Positions 58,877 to 64,000 of a DNA stretch of 64,000 bases are shown in pieces; positions within the stretch are counted from its first letter, which is position 1, and the number at the start of each line of letters is the position of its first letter. The notes beneath the pieces are model-generated. The model was not told where the DNA came from and searched no databases. It worked only from the letters and a program-made list of their open reading frames with translations. The stretch covers positions 6,465 through 70,464 of the forward strand of contig JALEWA010000066.1 of the NCBI GenBank assembly GCA_022788085.1, given 5' to 3'. The DNA comes from Lachnospiraceae bacterium (lineage in GTDB: Bacteria > Bacillota > Clostridia > Lachnospirales > Lachnospiraceae). The translations under genes were made by a program, and so were the position numbers.

Positions 58877-60328
58877 ATGAGTACAGATAGATATGTAAGC
58901 CCATTATCAGAGCGTTATGCAAGCAAGGAAATGCAGTATATATTTTCACCGGATATGAAATTCAGAACATGGAGAAAGCTGTGGATCGCACTTGCTGAGA
59001 CAGAGATGGAGCTTGGACTTAGTGAAAATGGCAAACCGGTTATTTCACAGGAGCAGATTGATGAACTCAAGGCTCATGCAGAGGATATCAATTATGATGT
59101 TGCAAGAGAAAGAGAGAAACTGGTTCGTCATGATGTTATGAGCCATGTGTATGCATATGGACAGCAGTGCCCGAAGGCAGCAGGTATTATTCATCTTGGA
59201 GCAACCTCTTGTTATGTAGGTGATAATACAGATATCATCGTTATGAACGAGGCATTGAAGCTTGTTCATAAGAAGCTTGTAAATGTGATTGCCGAGCTTG
59301 CAAAGTTTGCAGAAAAATACAAGGATTTACCAACACTTGCATTTACCCATTTCCAGCCTGCACAGCCAACAACAGTTGGTAAGCGTGCAACGCTCTGGAC
59401 ACAGGAATTCTTAATGGATTTAGAAGATCTTGAGTATGTTATGAGCACTTTGAAACTTCTTGGTTCCAAGGGTACAACAGGAACACAGGCAAGCTTCCTG
59501 GAACTCTTTAATGGTGATCAGGAAACAATCGACAAGATTGATCCGATGATTGCAGCAAAGATGGGCTTCAAGGAGTGCTACGCAGTATCCGGACAGACTT
59601 ATTCCAGAAAGGTAGATACCAGAGTAGCTAACATCCTTGCAGGTATTGCAGCAAGTGCTCATAAAATGTCAAATGACATCAGACTGTTACAGCATTTGAA
59701 GGAAGTAGAAGAGCCGTTTGAGAAGAACCAGATTGGTTCCTCTGCTATGGCATATAAGAGAAATCCGATGAGAAGTGAGAGAATCGCGTCTCTGTCCAGA
59801 TATGTCATGATTGATGCGCTGAACCCTGCTATCACATCAGCAACACAGTGGTTTGAGAGAACTCTTGATGATTCTGCAAACAAGAGACTTTCCATTCCGG
59901 AAGGCTTCCTTGCAATCGATGGAATTCTTGACCTTTGCCTGAATGTCGTAGATGGTCTTGTTGTATATGACAAGGTTATTACAAAGCGTTTAATGTCAGA
60001 GCTTCCATTCATGGCAACAGAGAATATTATGATGGATGCCGTAAAGAACGGTGGAAACCGTCAGGAGCTTCATGAGAAGATTAGAACTCTTTCCATGGAA
60101 GCAGGAAAGAATGTAAAGCAGGAGGGTAAGGATAACAATCTCCTTGAATTAATTGCTGCTGATCCTGAATTCAACCTGACACTGGAAGAACTGCAGGCAA
60201 CGATGGACCCATCCAAGTATGTCGGACGTTCCCCATTACAGGTAGAGAACTTCTTAAAGAATGTAGTAAATCCGGTTCTTGAGACGAATAAGGATGAACT
60301 TGGCATGAAGGCTGAGATTAATGTATAA
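58877..60328 (+). CDS. purB: Adenylosuccinate lyase
   Basis: SPLSERY, RHDVMSH, THFQPAQPTT, GSSAMAYKRNP. Confidence 0.97.
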   Translation: MSTDRYVSPLSERYASKEMQYIFSPDMKFRTWRKLWIALAETEMELGLSENGKPVISQEQIDELKAHAEDINYDVAREREKLVRHDVMSHVYAYGQQCPKAAGIIHLGATSCYVGDNTDIIVMNEALKLVHKKLVNVIAELAKFAEKYKDLPTLAFTHFQPAQPTTVGKRATLWTQEFLMDLEDLEYVMSTLKLLGSKGTTGTQASFLELFNGDQETIDKIDPMIAAKMGFKECYAVSGQTYSRKVDTRVANILAGIAASAHKMSNDIRLLQHLKEVEEPFEKNQIGSSAMAYKRNPMRSERIASLSRYVMIDALNPAITSATQWFERTLDDSANKRLSIPEGFLAIDGILDLCLNVVDGLVVYDKVITKRLMSELPFMATENIMMDAVKNGGNRQELHEKIRTLSMEAGKNVKQEGKDNNLLELIAADPEFNLTLEELQATMDPSKYVGRSPLQVENFLKNVVNPVLETNKDELGMKAEINV

Positions 60329-60336
60329 GAAATAGA

Positions 60337-60379
60337 AAAAGATAAGGGACATCTTTCTTAACGATAGATGTCTCTTTTT
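60337..60379 (+). terminator. Terminator after purB
   Basis: GGGACATCT...AGATGTCTC followed by TTTTT. Confidence 0.7.
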
Positions 60380-60427
60380 GTGTATGGTGACAGTAATGGT
60401 ATTATAGACAGAATGGTAAGAGGGAAA

Positions 60428-60585
60428 CATCGAAAATCTCATCTTATGTTTATATCGATGCTGTTTTCTTCATTTTTAGAGCAAATCAACATCGATAAAT
60501 GGCAAATAAACAAATTCCGATGCTGATAATTGAAAAAATAGCGTTTTTGAGCATCGAAAAAATTCCTATAAGCTATTATCGATGC
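60428..60585. repeat. Phased array of three inverted motifs, 62-bp period
   Basis: CATCGA at 60428, 60490 and 60552, each followed after exactly 21 nt by (T/C)CGATGC (60455, 60517, 60579). Confidence 0.85.
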
Positions 60586-60715
60586 AAAACAGATAAAAAC
60601 TCATTTAATGTAATCTTGTCTTAGTATATCGTACATGATAAAATAGTACTTAAGTATGGACATATATTCTTGAAAAAAATAATAGTATATAAAATTCGTT
60701 AGACAAAAGTTTTGT

Positions 60716-61591
60716 ATGAAGGGAGTTTTAGCATATACAATGAAGGACATGAATGAAGAACGTAAAAAGCAAAATATTAGTTCTAATATTAATGTTTCAA
60801 ATTATAAAGATTCTAGGACTGAAAAAATGTTACAACGTATTAAAAAGTTTCGATTATTAGACGATGATTTTATGATAGTGTGTTTTGAGAATAATATAGA
60901 GGCAACAGAATTAGTACTTAGTATTATTCTTGAGAAGCCTGATATTATTGTAAAGACTGTGCAAACACAGTATACTATGAAGAATATCAAAGGGCGTTCT
61001 GTACGACTTGACATCTATGCAACAGATGCAGATAATAAAAAGTACAATATAGAAATACAAAGAGCAGACAAAGGTGCTGGAGCTAAGAGAGCAAGATATA
61101 ATAGTAGTCTTATAGACAGCAATATTATTCCTGCTGGTTCTGATATAGAAGACTTACCGGAAACATTTGTCATTTTTATTACTGAAAATGATGTACTTGG
61201 AAAAGGAAAATCAATATATCATATTAATAGGTATATTGAAGAGATTGGTGAGTATTTTAATGATGGCTCACACATTATATATGTAAATGCAGCTACCACA
61301 GAGAAAACAGCACTGGGTCAACTTATGTCTGACTTTAGAGCTACAACGGCTGATGAGATGAAGAATAAAGTACTTGCAGATACAGTAAGACATTTCAAAG
61401 AAGATGAGGAAGGAGTTAGCGTTATGTGTAAAATAATGGAAGAAGTAAAAGCAGAAGGCGAAATTATAGGTAAAGTTAAATTATTATATCAGGATTTTGG
61501 AATGTCAATTTCTGATATAGCAATAAAGTTAAGAATTTCTAATGAAGAGGTAGAGAAGATTGTTAAGGAAGAAATACTATGTGTAAAATGA
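60716..61591 (+). CDS. Rpn family recombination-promoting nuclease / PD-(D/E)XK 'putative transposase'
   Basis: LLDDDF, VRLDIYATD, YNIEIQ, RARYNSSLID, FVIFITEND, IIYVN; variable C-terminal HTH-like tail. Start codon is uncertain (60716 or 60740). Confidence 0.88.
   Translation: MKGVLAYTMKDMNEERKKQNISSNINVSNYKDSRTEKMLQRIKKFRLLDDDFMIVCFENNIEATELVLSIILEKPDIIVKTVQTQYTMKNIKGRSVRLDIYATDADNKKYNIEIQRADKGAGAKRARYNSSLIDSNIIPAGSDIEDLPETFVIFITENDVLGKGKSIYHINRYIEEIGEYFNDGSHIIYVNAATTEKTALGQLMSDFRATTADEMKNKVLADTVRHFKEDEEGVSVMCKIMEEVKAEGEIIGKVKLLYQDFGMSISDIAIKLRISNEEVEKIVKEEILCVK
61424..61591 (+). CDS. Putative intragenic RpnS antitoxin (55 aa, in frame within Rpn)
   Basis: AAGGAG at 61410-61415, 8 nt before an in-frame ATG at 61424 (MCKIMEEVKAEG...). 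Confidence 0.6.
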   Translation: MCKIMEEVKAEGEIIGKVKLLYQDFGMSISDIAIKLRISNEEVEKIVKEEILCVK

Positions 61592-61704
61592 CGGAAGAAG
61601 TGAAAGCAGTCTATTACTGACATTTCTAAAGCTGCAGAGCTAACAGAAGAGCAAACTCTTGAGAAAATAATAGTATATAATTTCCATCAAAAGGAGGAAT
61701 TCAA

Positions 61705-62460
61705 ATGAAGAGAACAAATTTAGTTAACAAATCAGTAAAGTTATTAATGTCAGTCATCATTGCCAGCAGTGTTGTTGCGATGGGCTCAAATGGCACAGTC
61801 GCTGCAACACTAACAAATAATGACGCAATCATTTCAAGTATTGTTATGGCAGCTGAGACAACACCACTTCCTAAGCAATGGTCTACGGCTGAGGTGTATA
61901 AAGACGCTCGGTATGGTGAGACATGGTCAGGTGAAATGGCAGGTGGTTCTTATGTATCTTGGAAGTGGCTTAATGATCAGAGTTATGTATTTTCAACAGA
62001 GGGTGTTACAACAAACAATGGAACTAATTTAAACTTTCAGTGGTTAATTCCAGTAGATATGACTCAAAGTGGTTCTCATGATACATACTACTCTCATACT
62101 GATAACAATGAACCTATTCGGAAATGGTTTAGGGTAAGTAAAGATAAATATTCAGAAGGCGATCACTTATGGAATCATTTAGTAGACTATTTACAGTTAA
62201 TACAGAGCTGGGATTACATTATAGAGGCAGGTAATACTTATTTACAGACAAATGAGGATGAAAATTTTTGTAGATATACTCTTAATGTAACACAGCGCAA
62301 TGATGCATATGGTACAATTCAAAAAGGTTATTGTACTATTATAGAAGTAAAGGCAACTGGTGAAGAATATACTTTCTGGTATGAGGAGCAAGAAGAATAT
62401 GTTGATTTAAATCGGGCTCTTACAGTTATCTACAGCTGTTTACCCGTTATACAGAAATAA
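61705..62460 (+). CDS. Secreted hypothetical protein
   Basis: SD AAGGAGG; signal-peptide-like N-terminus; AT-rich codon usage. Confidence 0.75.
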   Translation: MKRTNLVNKSVKLLMSVIIASSVVAMGSNGTVAATLTNNDAIISSIVMAAETTPLPKQWSTAEVYKDARYGETWSGEMAGGSYVSWKWLNDQSYVFSTEGVTTNNGTNLNFQWLIPVDMTQSGSHDTYYSHTDNNEPIRKWFRVSKDKYSEGDHLWNHLVDYLQLIQSWDYIIEAGNTYLQTNEDENFCRYTLNVTQRNDAYGTIQKGYCTIIEVKATGEEYTFWYEEQEEYVDLNRALTVIYSCLPVIQK

Positions 62461-62478
62461 TTGATTAATAAAGTATAT

Positions 62479-62510
62479 AAGATACCTTTCCTATTGAAGG
62501 GTATCTTTTT
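62479..62510 (+). terminator. Intrinsic terminator
   Basis: AAGATACCTTTC...GAAGGGTATCTT plus T run. Confidence 0.75.
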
Positions 62511-62531
62511 ATATGTAAAGGAGTTGATAAA

Positions 62532-64000
62532 TTGAAAAAGAAACTATCAAAAGTGCTACCACGGTTGTTAGCACTTTTTCTTATTTTAACAATGGTAATG
62601 ACACTTAATGTAGTTCAACTAATAGCTGCTCCTACAGGAACATCAGATTCAGTTAAAGATGCTATTGGTAATAATCAAACCGCCAATGGTGCTAATCCAG
62701 ATGGTACACAAACAATAGTAGGCGCTAAAGTATCTAACTTACCTAAAGACCCAAATTGTGATGGATATTCAATACAGGGTGTTATGATTCGACTGGTATC
62801 ATTTGATAACACAGCGCAAGGTGAGGAATATCAGAAATACATAGCAGAGTACAATCAGTCACTTGATGTTAAAAGTAAGATTAGTGAATGTCAGATGTCT
62901 GCAATTGATAAATACTTATATACGTATCCAGCAGAATTTATCAGTAATCCAAATGTTGTCAATGAATGTGCATTGATATTTCAGAGAGGTGATAAGCCAT
63001 ATGGAATGAGTACTATAAATTCTCATGGAAAGCCTGTCGCTTATAAGACAGGAGATGGATATGTATCCACAGAGTATTTTAAGAATGTGTATGATGTTAA
63101 GCTTAATAGTGGTTCAAGCTATCCATGGTTTCCGGCACATTTAGCTTATGAACAACTTGCACATAATGAAGCTTATCGTACAGCTTTCTTTAATGGTGAA
63201 TTAACTTATGATGCAGTGAAGGCTATAGTTGATACTAATCATATTGAAGATGCTAAGAAGAATATTTTAGCACTATTTGAAAATACTTCCAGGATAGGTG
63301 ATATGTTGGGTGGTATCTGGACAAATGCACAGAATGCCAAAGACGAATTAGGCAGACCAATTGAAGACGTATACCGTTTATTCTATCTTGACATGCTTCT
63401 CGCCATTGATTATTTGTGTGGCGAAGGTACATTCAGAAGTGAGATAGATACATACTTGAAATATCTAAACAAGAATGGCGCCGATAAATTCACAATACCC
63501 ATTATGGCAAATGTTATGATATTCCGTAAGACTGGTGGTGATGGTGTAGCATGGGCATCCACTTTACCGGATTATTACGGCTGGATTTCGGGTAAAGGTG
63601 CAAATACATTTGCAACAATGGAAACACTTGGAGGAAAGACAAAATCCTATCTTCAAAAGAAAGATGATGGGAGAGAGGATTTGAAAACTCATTACGATAG
63701 CCAAACACAAAATTGGTGGGGGAAGTATGAAGACCTTTTACCAACCAAGGCACCTGTAGGTAAAGAGGAATGGTATAGACGTAGATTATGGTGGACGAGT
63801 ATAGCTGGTGATGCAAATGCATCACAGGAAAACTGGGCAAATGCATTCGGCTTATTACCAACAGACTGTTTTGGTCAGGCAACAGGTAATATCGGTTATA
63901 CATACCTCGCTCTTGGTGGAGGTTCTGGAACTGAGCCAGCACTCCCATTCAAATTAACAGCACAGTCAAGTCAGACAGAAGTAGAGCCGGGCAGTAAGGT
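62532..64000 (+). CDS. Large secreted/surface protein, 3'-truncated by the window edge (absent from the ORF track)
   Basis: SD AAGGAG, TTG at 62532, signal peptide MKKKLSKVLPRLLALFLILTMVMTLNVVQLIAA; my manual translation finds no stop to base 64000. Confidence 0.8.
   Translation, partial: MKKKLSKVLPRLLALFLILTMVMTLNVVQLIAAPTGTSDSVKDAIGNNQTANGANPDGTQTIVGAKVSNLPKDPNCDGYSIQGVMIRLVSFDNTAQGEEYQKYIAEYNQSLDVKSKISECQMSAIDKYLYTYPAEFISNPNVVNECALIFQRGDKPYGMSTINSHGKPVAYKTGDGYVSTEYFKNVYDVKLNSGSSYPWFPAHLAYEQLAHNEAYRTAFFNGELTYDAVKAIVDTNHIEDAKKNILALFENTSRIGDMLGGIWTNAQNAKDELGRPIEDVYRLFYLDMLLAIDYLCGEGTFRSEIDTYLKYLNKNGADKFTIPIMANVMIFRKTGGDGVAWASTLPDYYGWISGKGANTFATMETLGGKTKSYLQKKDDGREDLKTHYDSQTQNWWGKYEDLLPTKAPVGKEEWYRRRLWWTSIAGDANASQENWANAFGLLPTDCFGQATGNIGYTYLALGGGSGTEPALPFKLTAQSSQTEVEPGSK

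Noticed and set aside
60428-60585. Calling the 62-bp array a canonical CRISPR array
   Set aside because: Only 6-7-bp half-sites are conserved, not a 25-40-bp repeat; there are three units and no cas genes. Kept as an unexplained phased array.
62549-62578. AAAAGTGCTA-N10-TAGCACTTTT, a CIRCE-like inverted repeat
   Set aside because: The half-sites are in the opposite order to CIRCE, the spacing differs, and it lies inside the signal-peptide codons of the 62532 ORF.

Overview
Chromosomal window from an AT-rich Firmicute, most likely Lachnospiraceae (inferred from gene content, e.g. DUF5716/DUF5717, DUF6062 and DUF6106 family genes). About 1-60.4 kb is mostly core genome: guaB, four-subunit 2-oxoacid:ferredoxin oxidoreductase, clpB, htpG with a perfect CIRCE, pilT/pilMN/pilO, mutY, glyA, tRNA-Gly(GCC), a HelD-like helicase, a GH31 alpha-xylosidase, thyX-folA, ilvE and purC-purF-purB. 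After purB the DNA becomes visibly more AT-rich and looks like the left edge of an accessory island. The main points of interest are: (1) a phased array of three CATCGA-N21-YCGATGC inverted motifs with an exact 62-bp period at the island edge; (2) the adjacent Rpn/PD-(D/E)XK gene, which has an internal SD+ATG (RpnS-type antitoxin) and is flanked by ~24-bp direct repeats; (3) a T-box-like leader (probable Ile AUC specifier, degenerate antiterminator) in front of the oxidoreductase operon; (4) a TetR-controlled stand-alone C-domain/ACP/A-domain cluster of the fatty-acid-amide type, with visible operators; (5) a long nested-hairpin 5' leader with a duplicated right end before ilvE; (6) an uncharacterised four-gene DUF5717/Hsp70-like DUF5716/TPR/membrane coiled-coil operon. 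All family assignments come from motif recognition by eye; no searches were run.
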